A stretch of 64,000 nucleotides of DNA, from positions 928,001-992,000 of the forward strand of contig CAVTBR010000001.1 in NCBI GenBank assembly GCA_963733055.1, written 5' to 3'. The notes under the pieces were generated by a model. The model had not been told where the DNA came from. It did no database searches and saw nothing but the letters and a program-made list of their open reading frames with translations. This document shows, piece after piece, positions 31,528 through 42,205 of the stretch. A program made the position numbers and the translations under genes. Position 1 is the first letter of the stretch, and each line of letters starts with the position of its first letter. Origin of the DNA: Candidatus Bathyarchaeota archaeon. GTDB lineage: Archaea; Thermoproteota; Bathyarchaeia; 40CM-2-53-6.

Positions 31528-32715
31528 TCAGGTGCTTGTCAATGACTTATACACTTCTAAGGTGTTCGCGATCATGCTTGCCAAGTTAAATTGCCGACTG
31601 AATGCCATTATCTTAGCTTCGTTATCTCGACGAAGCTTCACGGCAGAGACCATGGCTCTGGCGAGGTCACTCGCGTCAAAAGAGCGAGCCAGAGACGCTG
31701 TAACGTCGCTGATGGCAAACTCCTGAACCCACGCGATATTGAACAGAACGACAGGAACCCCAAGGGAATATGCCTCAAGCAACGCCAGAGGGCATGCCTC
31801 ATAGACGCTCGGAAGGATGAGTGCAGAATTCTGCGCGATCATTGCCAGCAGTTGGTCGTTTGGGATGAGTCCTTCTACGAACACTTTGTTGGACAGCCCG
31901 AGTTCTTCAATCCTTCGCTTCGTTTGAGCTGCTAACGGTCCAGTTCCGTAGAGATGAAGTGTCGCACCCGGAAAGCTCTGATTGACCTTGCGAAAAGCTT
32001 CGATCAGAAGCGGAAGACCTTTGCTAAGATAATATCGCCCTGCAAAATAGAACTTGAATGGTTTCCATGCCTCGTGTGATCGGATCCTACGTACTGCAAT
32101 TCCATTATAAATGATGCAAGTTGAGCCTCTAGGCGTGCCATAATATTTCTTGAAACTCTCTGCAACGTGTTTTGCGACATATATTATTGCTGAACTCCCC
32201 GTGTAGTCTAGGCCATCGAACAACGACATGGGAATCGCTCTGGGCCCGTGTAGAGCCAGATCCTGGGGTGTCATGTATTTGAGCAAATAGGATGGCGGAA
32301 GAGAAAAGAAACTTCGTGACATTTCAAGGCATGACCCGTGGATAGTAGTCACTACAGGTTTCCCTGTGTTAATCAGAGCCTTTAGCAAGAGAGAACCCGT
32401 CCCGGTGTTGCTATGAACAATGTCGTTCCTCGCAGCCAGAGAAGTGATGAGGCGCTTATTCTGTAACTGATACCAAGTCGATTGCGGAGGCTTGTCCCAG
32501 AACCATGTTCTGATAACGGTCAGGTTCTTGGAGGGTCTCTCAACTTGCGCAATCATGGAATCAGATAGACCACACACGACAGTTACTTTGACATCTTTAG
32601 CGGCCATATTGGTGGCAAGAGTATGGCAGTACTGACCTATGCCCCCGAAGACATACGGTGGGTATTCATGAGTCAGCAAAAGCACACGGAGGGGCGCCAT
32701 ATATACACTGACCAA
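31528..32715 (-). CDS. GT4 glycosyltransferase
   Basis: HEYPPYVFGGIG, PSVYEACPLALLEA. Confidence 0.92.
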   Translation of the reverse strand: MVSVYMAPLRVLLLTHEYPPYVFGGIGQYCHTLATNMAAKDVKVTVVCGLSDSMIAQVERPSKNLTVIRTWFWDKPPQSTWYQLQNKRLITSLAARNDIVHSNTGTGSLLLKALINTGKPVVTTIHGSCLEMSRSFFSLPPSYLLKYMTPQDLALHGPRAIPMSLFDGLDYTGSSAIIYVAKHVAESFKKYYGTPRGSTCIIYNGIAVRRIRSHEAWKPFKFYFAGRYYLSKGLPLLIEAFRKVNQSFPGATLHLYGTGPLAAQTKRRIEELGLSNKVFVEGLIPNDQLLAMIAQNSALILPSVYEACPLALLEAYSLGVPVVLFNIAWVQEFAISDVTASLARSFDASDLARAMVSAVKLRRDNEAKIMAFSRQFNLASMIANTLEVYKSLTST

Positions 32716-32988
32716 GAATTCAATCGAAGCATGCGTTATTAACTAACTTGATTGATCACAGTGATGAAGTTTGACTTAGAAACCAGAGAGGCATCCTAGT
32801 AGCCACAAAATAACGTATTATCGTACAGTTTCGCGTTCGTTCGTGAATAAGTTCTGAGAAATTGAAGAGAGAATTGCATTAGCATTCCTGAGGAAATAAT
32901 CGAGGCGATCGGTTTTCCCAGCGGTAACACCGTCGTATGCTCTGATCAAGTCATGCACTAAACCGCCCAGTTTCGTAGTCCAATGCAA

Positions 32989-34059
32989 TCATGCGGAGGT
33001 AGTCGTGGAGTAAGCTTCAATGAGCTTTCGAGTAACGTCATTCCAAGTAGGCAAACTCAAGTTCTCAACGTGTCTTCCGGCAACCGTTGTAATTAGTTGT
33101 GCCAACTCTGGCAATTCTGGTCGGGGTTGTATTCCGAAGCAGTTGCGACCATCCACCCATTCTGTTAGCGCCGATTGGTTCGCGACTATGCAAGGGGTGC
33201 CTGACGCCAATGATTCCAGAACGACTATGCCTGAAGCTTCATATTTCGAGAGAAGACAGAACACGCCCGCCTCCCGGTATTTTTCCAAGAGCTCGGATCG
33301 CTCCAAGCGCGATGAGAATGCAACCCGGTCTTGAACCCCCAGCTTGCGCGCTAGCTCCACGAGCCTTTCACCATCAGGCCCATCACCGACAATTTCTAGT
33401 CGAAAATCCTTTAGCAATTCGTCGGAAAGGGTCCTGATCAGGTAGTCTAGCCCCTTGTATTGTTCTAGACGAGACACGGATAGAATCGTCCACACGTCTT
33501 TTTGCACGTGGGTTGACTGGCGGAATTCCTCCGGGTCGATTCCATTTCCAATGAGCACCAGCTTCTTCTCGTCCAGCTGGAAATTTCTACGAAGTAGCTC
33601 TCTTTCATAGTTTGAGACACAGAAGATTAGATCCGCTTTCCGGAGTATTCGCCTCCCGATCGGCTTGTAAGGTGTGTGAAGGAGATCCCTAACCAGCGTG
33701 TGTCCCCTCCCGTGATAGTGGGGAGTAAAGAAGAAGTGATCTGCGACCCTAGAGACATGGAAAGCAGGGAAACCATGATAGGCGTGTGCATGGACGACAT
33801 CATAACTTCCTGTATTCTCAGACAAAAAATGTTCTAGCTTCCAGGATAAATGGTATGATTCGTTGGGTGACCATGAACGGAACCGTCTAACGGTAACACC
33901 GTTGATTGAAACTTCAGGTTCGAGCTTACCATCAGGGTCGGTAGTGAGGACGTCAACCTCAAAACCTTGCTTTACCAGCCTCTCACTTATCGCTCTGACA
34001 TGGCTTTCGACGCCTCCGATGAAAGGGTAATATCGTGGACAAACCTGTGCTATTCGCAT
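32989..34059 (-). CDS. GT4 glycosyltransferase
   Basis: YYPFIGGVE, SKYEASGIVVLESLASG. Confidence 0.93.
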   Translation of the reverse strand: MRIAQVCPRYYPFIGGVESHVRAISERLVKQGFEVDVLTTDPDGKLEPEVSINGVTVRRFRSWSPNESYHLSWKLEHFLSENTGSYDVVHAHAYHGFPAFHVSRVADHFFFTPHYHGRGHTLVRDLLHTPYKPIGRRILRKADLIFCVSNYERELLRRNFQLDEKKLVLIGNGIDPEEFRQSTHVQKDVWTILSVSRLEQYKGLDYLIRTLSDELLKDFRLEIVGDGPDGERLVELARKLGVQDRVAFSSRLERSELLEKYREAGVFCLLSKYEASGIVVLESLASGTPCIVANQSALTEWVDGRNCFGIQPRPELPELAQLITTVAGRHVENLSLPTWNDVTRKLIEAYSTTTSA

Positions 34060-34079
34060 CGTGCAACACCTCCTGCTAA

Positions 34080-34466
34080 TCAGCGAGGTTCATGTTGCAA
34101 ATGAGTTAAGTTGCTTAAGTCATGAATTGTCACTAGCCAAGGTTTCTTGTACGCGTAATTCGCGAGGTTCATTACAGATGATAGAGTATTAGCGTGAACG
34201 ACATCCGTGTTCCTGAGGATTCTCTTTAGCGCCGTCCAGCCTCGCAGTTGAAACCAGAAGTTCGTAGGCGGGATATCGGGAATCGGGATACGGGTGACGG
34301 TCAATCCAGGTCTCGGCTGGATCGTTCCCCCTTGGTTCAGTTGCGCACACAGGACGTGAACATTTAGGCCCATCTGGGCCAATTCGTTCGATAAGACTTC
34401 GACAAAGCTTCCTATCCCACCGAACATTAATGGCGGGTATTCATGCGACAGCTCAAGAATATTCAC
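34080..34466 (-). pseudogene. Truncated GT4 (N-terminal domain only)
   Basis: HEYPPLMFGGIG...LVTIH as in 31528-32715, but stops after 128 aa with the next gene 20 nt away. Confidence 0.75.
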
Positions 34467-34558
34467 GCGAATCGAACCTCCCTGCCTGGCTCTGACATCC
34501 TCAATGGATACGTCATTTGAACTCTCTGTAGGAAAGGGGATTGATACTCAGACTTTGG

Positions 34559-35323
34559 TCAAAAGCGGCTTGCGTATCGTCTCAGGAAGTGACTCACCGT
34601 CGCTCTTTCGATTCCCATCGTCCATGCTCTTCCGTCAGGTCCTCCCAATGCCAGCAGGACTGCGACAAGTGGCAACATGAGATAGAACGCTCTTATAGCA
34701 GCTGGCGGGCGCGACAGCCGCAAAGCCTGAAAGATCCCAAGCGTTGTCCTCATCTTATACATCTGCTCCTGTGTGAAATTACTACCACCACTATCTCTGC
34801 TCGTGGTTACGAAAGCTTCATCACACAATTTTACCTTACGACCGAGTTCGAGCGCACGGAACATCATGTAGGTATCTTCCGCCGTGGAGGGGGGAAGAGG
34901 AACAAGTTGGTCGAAGAGTCGTCTTTTGATCAGCATAAGCTCGCCGCTGGCGGCGATTGGCAGTCTTTTCCGAATTGGATCGAGAACTTTGTAGAACTTC
35001 TGTTGGGGGCCACTGGTCACTCTTACCTTGCAGAAGGCCACGTCAATCTCACTTGAAGACATAAGGTCCAAGGCTCGGTCCAGATGATAGATTTTCGTGT
35101 CAACGTCGTTGAGGATGACTAGATCGGTGTGGGTTGGTATGAATTTAGCTCCGTAGTTGATAGCATCCCATTTTCCAGACGCCTTTCTATAGAGCACTCT
35201 GGGACGTCTCAGGTTTTCTCCACAGATTATAATGAATGGGAGTCCAATTCGGTTAAGTTCCTGCAGCTTACGCCCTACATAGTCTTGATTCCTCGCTGGC
35301 ACTATGATGAAAGGAGTAGTCAT
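34559..35323 (-). CDS. GT2-like glycosyltransferase
   Basis: IIVPARN, GKWDAIN, LNDVD, SGELM, AEDT. Confidence 0.8.
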   Translation of the reverse strand: MTTPFIIVPARNQDYVGRKLQELNRIGLPFIIICGENLRRPRVLYRKASGKWDAINYGAKFIPTHTDLVILNDVDTKIYHLDRALDLMSSSEIDVAFCKVRVTSGPQQKFYKVLDPIRKRLPIAASGELMLIKRRLFDQLVPLPPSTAEDTYMMFRALELGRKVKLCDEAFVTTSRDSGGSNFTQEQMYKMRTTLGIFQALRLSRPPAAIRAFYLMLPLVAVLLALGGPDGRAWTMGIERATVSHFLRRYASRF

Positions 35324-35899
35324 GTCATTCCCGGCTTGGCTCGAACTGAAGACGACCGTGAAGACTTTGCGATGGTGTTTGTCGTATTTGACAATGCTTC
35401 TCTTGCGTTTTGTTATTGCTTACGAATTGTTTATGGTTTGCGAATCAAATTCTCGACTATGCAAGGTAAGGTTACGGAGGTATCGATAAACTATAGGAAA
35501 CGAATGGGAGAACCGAGGTTATCAACGGTGGGTTTGCGGATGGGATATTCTGAGGCCAAACTTTGGGCTTGCTAGGATCTACAATTCTTTTTCTCCATAC
35601 CGTCGGCCTTTATCGCGATTCCGGGTCTGTGATATTGTCTTGAGTTATCTGGAGATGGGTGGTATCTAGGGTGTTCCATAGTGGATGGGCACTTGTGTGG
35701 GTATGCCAATGCTCCTCGCTTCTGGGGCATTCGTAATCGGTACAATATGGCTCCTCCTGAAGCGAAGCGAGATCAGAATCGAGAAACTAGTTCGAAGTAA
35801 TCTCGACCTTCGAAATTAAACTGAATTTGGCGCTCTTAACCGATCGCTCAATAATCCTTATGGTTTGCCCTGAATAATGCTTACCTTTGGTGTGGAGCC

Positions 35900-36958
35900 T
35901 TGGAGGAGGTAAAGTGCGGAGTTTGCGGAGTACGTCCCGCCAAGATTAACGACATTTTATGCGATACCTGCTCCGATCGATATTCGAAACTACTTCGAAC
36001 CCAACGAGAAAAGACCGATAAATTTAACGCGAGAATATCTCAACTAACACAAGCTGACGCAACCCCCCCTAACTCCACGAATGCGGCCATTCAATCGAGC
36101 CCTCAAGTTACACAAGCGCTGCTACAGCCCATACAAGATGTGCAGCGTTCGGAACTCCAGACAGAGCAACTTCTCACAGAATCTCAACTGTTGCGGAAAC
36201 AGAGGCATACTACGACGCTGGTTGCCTGTCTCCTCTTAGGAATCGGGTTGGGCGCCTTCGTGGCCGCCGTCGTCTTTGCTTCAACAATCCTGAGCTTCAT
36301 CGGTCTTGGGTTGACGGTCTGGGGGTCACTGATGTTCTTCATTCAACCAAAGAATTATGTTAGGTCAGATCTCATGAACGCGACTGCAATTTCCTCGCTG
36401 AAGACGATCGATAAGATGATGATAGGCATGGGTTACACGGAGAAGGGAGTCTACATTCGAGCACACGATTCCGACAAGGCGGTAGTATTTGTACCCTCGG
36501 AACCATTCTCTATGATTCCGCAATTGTCAAGCCTCGAGGACGGCCGGACGTTCCTAAGCGAACCAGCGGGGCTCTTGGTTCCACCCCCTGGACTTGCGCT
36601 TGCAAGTTTAATTGAGAAGAAGCTAGGGTTCAAACTGAAGAACTGTGGATTAGAAGCTCTAGTTGAAGCCCTTCCTAAGGTGCTTGTAGAAGACCTTGAG
36701 ATCGTCAAGGATGTCGAGATCGAGGTGAAAGAGGATTTCGTTACCTTCAAACTCTACGACTCAATTTACGCCGATTTCTGTTTAGAAGTTCGCGATACTA
36801 GCAGGCGATGCGGACTTGGCTGCCCAATGTGCAGCGCGCTTGCATCCATCCTAGCAATCGCTACAGGCAAGCCTGTTCTTTATGAGGAAGACAGGACATC
36901 TGAGGACAGCAGATTCACTGAATCAGTTTATCAAATAGTCAACCGATCGCGGCTCTAA
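35900..36958 (+). CDS. C4 zinc finger - Q-rich linker - 2 TM - V4R-like Cys domain protein
   Basis: CGVC..P...D.LCDTC; TM hairpin; PPGLAL; DFC...GCPMCSALASILA..GKPV. Confidence 0.75.
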   Translation: MEEVKCGVCGVRPAKINDILCDTCSDRYSKLLRTQREKTDKFNARISQLTQADATPPNSTNAAIQSSPQVTQALLQPIQDVQRSELQTEQLLTESQLLRKQRHTTTLVACLLLGIGLGAFVAAVVFASTILSFIGLGLTVWGSLMFFIQPKNYVRSDLMNATAISSLKTIDKMMIGMGYTEKGVYIRAHDSDKAVVFVPSEPFSMIPQLSSLEDGRTFLSEPAGLLVPPPGLALASLIEKKLGFKLKNCGLEALVEALPKVLVEDLEIVKDVEIEVKEDFVTFKLYDSIYADFCLEVRDTSRRCGLGCPMCSALASILAIATGKPVLYEEDRTSEDSRFTESVYQIVNRSRL

Positions 36959-37193
36959 GCGCCACTGCCTTTCCTTTCGAAACTAAATTCTTTGAAGGCA
37001 ATATCCGTACGACGACGTATATCGGTTTGCTACGACAACGGTCAAGAGAGTCCGCTTCGAACAAGCGCCTAAAACGCCGCAATCAGGAGGCGGTCCCGTG
37101 ACTTACTGACAAGTGCTGATTGAGGCGCAAGGGAGTTTAGGAATAGCGAATCGACTGTACGTTCGCACTGGACCCGTGTTGTAGGGCGGTATG

Positions 37194-37808
37194 TCAGTGT
37201 CGTCTCGGGATGACGAGGAGGGACCCGGCGACTGTAAGTGCAGTCAACATCAGTAACAATGCCACAACCGGAGACGTTGCCGTTGGCTGGCTCTGACTTG
37301 TGTTAACCGCTTGGTGAGTTAAGGGCGCTACTGGGGTTCCAGCAGGAGGGACACTTGTTCCCGGTTGCTGGCTTGTACCGCTCGTTGACGGCGCGAATGC
37401 GTAAGTTCCAATCGATGTGTCGACGCTTGGGAAAATGCGGCCATTATCATCTGCTAAACCGTAGGCTTGGATGTAGATTGTGACGGTGCCAGCAAGCGAT
37501 GTAGGCGGCGTGAACGAGTACGTATATGTTCCGGGCGCGGTCTGCTTCAGGCTTGCAGTAACAGTAACACAACTCGTGTTGCAGACGTTAAGTGTAACTT
37601 GGTTTGTAGATAGGACGACCGGCGTTCCATCGGCATATAGGACGCTTATAGCGCCGCTGTAAAGGCTTGGAGCAGCCAACGCCGGCGCACCCGTAGTACC
37701 AAGAATCGGTAACCCAACGGTGCCTTCGCCAGTATTTGCGTACACGGAAACAACTCCCAACGTCAGGAGCATTGCAAACAAGACTACTGCTAGGCCAAGG
37801 CTCTTCAA
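37194..37808 (-). CDS. Secreted, C-terminally anchored Ig-like surface protein
   Basis: Signal peptide, PGTYTYSF beta strand, S/T/P linker, TM plus RRH. Confidence 0.8.
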   Translation of the reverse strand: MKSLGLAVVLFAMLLTLGVVSVYANTGEGTVGLPILGTTGAPALAAPSLYSGAISVLYADGTPVVLSTNQVTLNVCNTSCVTVTASLKQTAPGTYTYSFTPPTSLAGTVTIYIQAYGLADDNGRIFPSVDTSIGTYAFAPSTSGTSQQPGTSVPPAGTPVAPLTHQAVNTSQSQPTATSPVVALLLMLTALTVAGSLLVIPRRH

Positions 37809-37854
37809 TTAAGATCAAGTAAAACGTGTGGCCTTTCACATATATAGGTTATAC

Positions 37855-37873
37855 ACTCGTTTCCGAAACGAGT
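37855..37873. promoter_or_regulatory. Palindrome next to a TATA element
   Basis: ACTCGTTTC-C-GAAACGAGT (9-bp arms) beside TATATA 37841-37846, upstream of the minus-strand gene starting at 37808. Confidence 0.45.
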
Positions 37874-37915
37874 CGATCTCAAAGATCGAGGCAAGTCCAA
37901 CAACATGACTCGTTC

Positions 37916-39925
37916 CTACCTCGTCGGCGGCAGCGGGAATATGGTATGAGGGTCTAGGACGAGTGGAAAGAGGCTTCGAAAGGCGGCGTTGAAAAGCAAC
38001 AGTGCTAAAACTGACATGATTAGAGCATCCAAGGTTCGATACTTGGGCAGCCTAACAACAATAACCAGGGCCATTGTCAACGCAGCGGCTACAAGTATTA
38101 ACCTGATATTGGGATCGATGATCACGAACAGCCCCGCCCCCGTAGCGGCGAATGGTGCCATGGAAAGCAGAGGAACCAGTTTAGACAGAACGCTCTTAAA
38201 GTTCTCAGGAGTAATCGGTTGCTTCGCAAGGCTGAGGCATTTCTCCATACCCAACGCTAGAAGAAACGGGAGCGGGGAGATGTATAGCATTCGCCAAAGT
38301 CCAGTCTCACTGAGCCCTAGATTTGTAGGGTTGAGTCCCGATGGAGCCACAAGAATTGAGCCTACGCACCAAGCGGCAATCCATGCGATTAGATAATTTG
38401 AGGCGATACCGCGGCGTCGGGAAAGGTTGTACGCTCCCACTAAGCTGAGCAGTAGAATGACCGGAGATAGAACGGGCCCCAAATTAGTGAACATATTTGC
38501 CAGGGCGGCACCGAAACTCAGCAGACTAATCGGATTAACAGGAGCACTAACGTACAATTGGAGAGTGCCCGTAAAATCATATCTGAGGCTTGGGGAGAGC
38601 GAGTACGCGGCTACACCGACCGGAAGAGCAAGTATTAGCGCCGCGAATAGCGTCCGAGCACAATGCCTACTCCAGATGCTCTGTCGTGAAAGAACGGCTG
38701 TCAAGAGCAAGGTTGTTGTGAAGACCCCCCAAGTCCAAGGGTGGACAACGAGAATGACAACCGACAAGACGCCTAAGATGATATAGGTGGCGATGTTCGC
38801 TTCACTGTTGGAAAAGTAGACCGCTAGGAAGACCATCCAGAAGAGAAGTGCAACCCAATTAGCTTGGATCGCCACATATATTCCAAGAGTGGTTGGCAGC
38901 CAGAGCAAGGTGGAGATTGAGGTTAGAGTTGCGAGTCGAAAGTCCCATCCTCCACGCAATGCTACGAAGAAGGAAGCTGATGCAGTGCAGAATGTTAGAA
39001 TGAGGGGCGCATACTTCACGATTGACGTTGGACTGATTCCGGTGGCCGACTGGATTAGGTATAGGAACACGACGTAGGCTCCATGACTGGTTGATGTGTT
39101 GAAAGCCTGGGACGGTGTTAGGCCAACAAGGGCGTTAAGCGGGTCTATGTATCTCCAAAACGAGTCCTGACCTACGACCCATGTTTGTCCTGCGAGGTAT
39201 GGGTAGAAGAAGACGATTATCGACACGATAGCGAAGAGATCTAACGCTGCCACAATCGTTCTGATGCCTGGCTTCCGCGAAGACGGTTGATAACGAACGA
39301 GTAGATGGCTTTTGAATCGGGGGAGGCGAGGAATGAGTGGAACCCACAACCATGCGAACAGAAGCAACAGCATTATTGGAATGACGAGCGGGTAGAGAAA
39401 AAAGGTCAGGTTCGCTTCAAGCTGCTGGGCGAGGCCCCCAACTCTCGCCTGCGGGTTGAGCGCTGCGCTCACCCAATAGAAGAGAGATGGCCATTCAACT
39501 AAAGCAAAAATTGAAAGCGTTGAGGGAAGTATCTCTGTAAGAGCGATTCTGCGCGTCTCCGATCCTAGTACGTTCAAAGCAGCCGCACAGACCACAGTGG
39601 CATAAAGGACTGGAACGGCCACGGGTTGGTTGAGAGTTGCCAGAGCTACTGATCCCACCCAAACTGCTACGGTCCCGATTGAAACAGGAGTTGAGAATCG
39701 CTTCCAAGAAAGCGCAAAGGTGCAAGGAACGCTGACAGTTGAGGCAAGGAAGACGTAGTAATCGTAAGAGGGAGAAATGAGCATCGTCTGCGTTGTGCGA
39801 GGGTAGTAGAGGTAGTATGGTATCTGTAGCTGGTTGATGAGGACGAGAAGGCCCATGGCAAGACTGATCCCCATCATCCAGTGTAGTAACTTTCCCCGAA
39901 TTTGGTCCATGTAGAACTCCTTCAA
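37916..39925 (-). CDS. Polytopic membrane protein (possible GT-C-like fold)
   Basis: Many TM helices, GQDSFWRY loop, HPWTW, WRMLY. Confidence 0.7.
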   Translation of the reverse strand: MKEFYMDQIRGKLLHWMMGISLAMGLLVLINQLQIPYYLYYPRTTQTMLISPSYDYYVFLASTVSVPCTFALSWKRFSTPVSIGTVAVWVGSVALATLNQPVAVPVLYATVVCAAALNVLGSETRRIALTEILPSTLSIFALVEWPSLFYWVSAALNPQARVGGLAQQLEANLTFFLYPLVIPIMLLLLFAWLWVPLIPRLPRFKSHLLVRYQPSSRKPGIRTIVAALDLFAIVSIIVFFYPYLAGQTWVVGQDSFWRYIDPLNALVGLTPSQAFNTSTSHGAYVVFLYLIQSATGISPTSIVKYAPLILTFCTASASFFVALRGGWDFRLATLTSISTLLWLPTTLGIYVAIQANWVALLFWMVFLAVYFSNSEANIATYIILGVLSVVILVVHPWTWGVFTTTLLLTAVLSRQSIWSRHCARTLFAALILALPVGVAAYSLSPSLRYDFTGTLQLYVSAPVNPISLLSFGAALANMFTNLGPVLSPVILLLSLVGAYNLSRRRGIASNYLIAWIAAWCVGSILVAPSGLNPTNLGLSETGLWRMLYISPLPFLLALGMEKCLSLAKQPITPENFKSVLSKLVPLLSMAPFAATGAGLFVIIDPNIRLILVAAALTMALVIVVRLPKYRTLDALIMSVLALLLFNAAFRSLFPLVLDPHTIFPLPPTR

Positions 39926-39984
39926 GAATTCGTTTCGGGCGAGTATACTAGGGCCAGCTGATCTTCAACCCTTTATGCTATTTG

Positions 39985-42138
39985 TTAACTCGACTTAGCT
40001 TCCAACCGTTGAAATCCCGGTATGCGTACCAACAACTCCGCCGTCAATGCGGCTGATCCACACATTATTGAAAGGACGGTGAAGGGGCCTGCGGCCAATA
40101 GTAGGACGGTGTTTTCTAGGTACAGGCCTAGGAGGATCCCGAATAATCCGCATGCAAGCGATGCTCCGCAGGTGTATAGGCATGTTCCGGTCGTTATTTT
40201 GAACTTCCGTTTGATAATGGTCAAGGGCAGGCCTAAGTAGAATACGCCAATCGTTGAACTGGCCAAAAGACCTGAGAGCAGAGTTGCATACTCCGGATAT
40301 GCCGGTAGAGCTGCGTAAAGCTCTGATGCGATAGTAAGAATTACAATTAGCGGGTAAAGGGCTCCCTGCATGATCCAACGGGTGTTGGCATGAGTGCTCA
40401 TGTAACTCGCGACGTAGGGGCTGAATGAATAGTACCAAGTGTTGAAGATTAGAAGGAAACTCGCTCCGGCTCTGCTCGTGATCACGCGGGCTCTGAAGTT
40501 TCGGAGGAGTTCGACTTGAGGGCTTAGCTGTGAACCAAACGTAGCTGTTGCAATCAGGCATTGAGGTTTCGCGGCTTGGGAGGTTGTACTATTGGTTATC
40601 GTGAGTAAAATACCGACTGAGTGTGCAATGACTCCATCGCTTCCCAGGAAGGTTACCTCTACAGTTTCTGGAGTCGCAGTGGAATTCACTTGAATCACTA
40701 GGGCCGACGACGCGTTTTCTCCGACCGAGATGCTGATCTGTTTCGGGTCCAGCGAATAACCCACTTCATTCGGAAGATTAACAGGGCTTATCGTTAGGGT
40801 GCCGCCGTAGCCGGAAATCGACGTACCTACGATTGTGACGGTTCCAGACTCGCCTCGAGGTACAGCAATAATCTCGGGGTAGGCGTTTAATGTAAAGTCA
40901 TGGGTGAATCCTGAGAGTCTAGCGATCTTATTCTTGCCGGGTTCACTAATCCAAATGTTGCCTTTGGAATCAATGACCACATCTCGCGGTGAACTTACCC
41001 CTAGTGAATACTCAGCGAATAGTCCACTGGATGCCGCGCTGATTCTTGTATTTGTTGGATTGGCGACGTTAGTTGAGGCGGTGAGATTGGCTAGGGTAGG
41101 CGCGATTGCGACTGGCGTTCCGCCAGATGGCTCTGTGGTCATTGCGGTTGATAGAATTGTGCTCCCGCTCGAGTTGCTTAGAACTGCTATGGCACCATTG
41201 GCTGCGTTCGATGAGCGTTCGGCTATCCAGGGTTGTTGAGTTACGGGGTTAATGCCGACCCCTATCGGGTCGGCGCCTGGTGTAGGCAAACGCCATTCCT
41301 GTAGGGTGGAGTCTCCGCGCAAAACTCCAACGAAGTTGTCGTCACTCGTAGCATTCTCCGACCCCTGTGTATACCATGCTTGACCATATCGGTCGAGTGT
41401 GATGAAGCGGCCCACTGCCGAACCGTGAATAGGCAACTGCCATATCGTATACTGTCGCGACGCCCGGTCCCATCTAACGACGGAAGAGAAACCGGCAAAC
41501 CAGATTGAGTTCGGCTGCGCATATACGTCATAGGCGCCACCACCAACTGCCGAAGGAAATGTATCTTCATAAAGAGTAATGTTTTCCGCCAATGGATCAT
41601 AGATAATTTCGCCATTTGCGTTTCTGATCGCTTCAGTGAACCAAACTCGCACTTGCGTCCCGCCCGGTTCAACGGATATGCCCTCGACACCATTGCCGGA
41701 GTGCGGTAGGCTATACTCGCGAAGAACGCCCTGTGCGGGTGAGAACATGAAGATTTTGTTCGAGTTAAACTCGGTTCCCCATAGATCCGTTGAGCCTTGA
41801 CTGGAGGTAATTGCAAGGCCAAATGGGTTTGCATTCTTTGTGGGGATAAGCCATTCCTGGAATGCGCCTGTGCTTGGGTCAAAATGGCTCAATTTGTTGC
41901 CGGAGTTCTCCAGGAACCAGCAGCAAGAACCTGATTGGTCTAATGTTAATGCTGTGGGTTCGCTATTGGGTGTGGGGACCGTCCACTCGGTAAGTGCTGC
42001 ACTTGGTTGATTGAAAGGCATAGCAGCAGGAAATGTGTGGAGACCCATTGAGAACAATACCACAAGGATAGAAAATGTAGCAATGACGGAAGGCCTTGAA
42101 ATTGTTCCTAGCAGGCGTATAACATGCAAATGTTTCAC
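39985..42138 (-). CDS. Vgb-like beta-propeller surface protein with CFI-box-CTERM-type domain
   Basis: Repeated EWxxPTxxxxPxGI/WFTE blades; CLIATATFGSQLSPQVELLRNFR, YYSFSP, terminal TMs. Confidence 0.82.
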   Translation of the reverse strand: MKHLHVIRLLGTISRPSVIATFSILVVLFSMGLHTFPAAMPFNQPSAALTEWTVPTPNSEPTALTLDQSGSCCWFLENSGNKLSHFDPSTGAFQEWLIPTKNANPFGLAITSSQGSTDLWGTEFNSNKIFMFSPAQGVLREYSLPHSGNGVEGISVEPGGTQVRVWFTEAIRNANGEIIYDPLAENITLYEDTFPSAVGGGAYDVYAQPNSIWFAGFSSVVRWDRASRQYTIWQLPIHGSAVGRFITLDRYGQAWYTQGSENATSDDNFVGVLRGDSTLQEWRLPTPGADPIGVGINPVTQQPWIAERSSNAANGAIAVLSNSSGSTILSTAMTTEPSGGTPVAIAPTLANLTASTNVANPTNTRISAASSGLFAEYSLGVSSPRDVVIDSKGNIWISEPGKNKIARLSGFTHDFTLNAYPEIIAVPRGESGTVTIVGTSISGYGGTLTISPVNLPNEVGYSLDPKQISISVGENASSALVIQVNSTATPETVEVTFLGSDGVIAHSVGILLTITNSTTSQAAKPQCLIATATFGSQLSPQVELLRNFRARVITSRAGASFLLIFNTWYYSFSPYVASYMSTHANTRWIMQGALYPLIVILTIASELYAALPAYPEYATLLSGLLASSTIGVFYLGLPLTIIKRKFKITTGTCLYTCGASLACGLFGILLGLYLENTVLLLAAGPFTVLSIMCGSAALTAELLVRIPGFQRLEAKSS

Positions 42139-42205
42139 AACTGGAGAACATTCATTCTAGGGCCGCTGGTATTTTCGTTTCGGATGACTAGCCGTCTCAT
42201 AGGCG

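Noticed and set aside
32765-32800. Loose similarity to 53692-53730 (TTAGAAAC..AGAGA..CATCCT)
   Set aside because: Needs several gaps in AT-rich DNA; not distinguishable from chance
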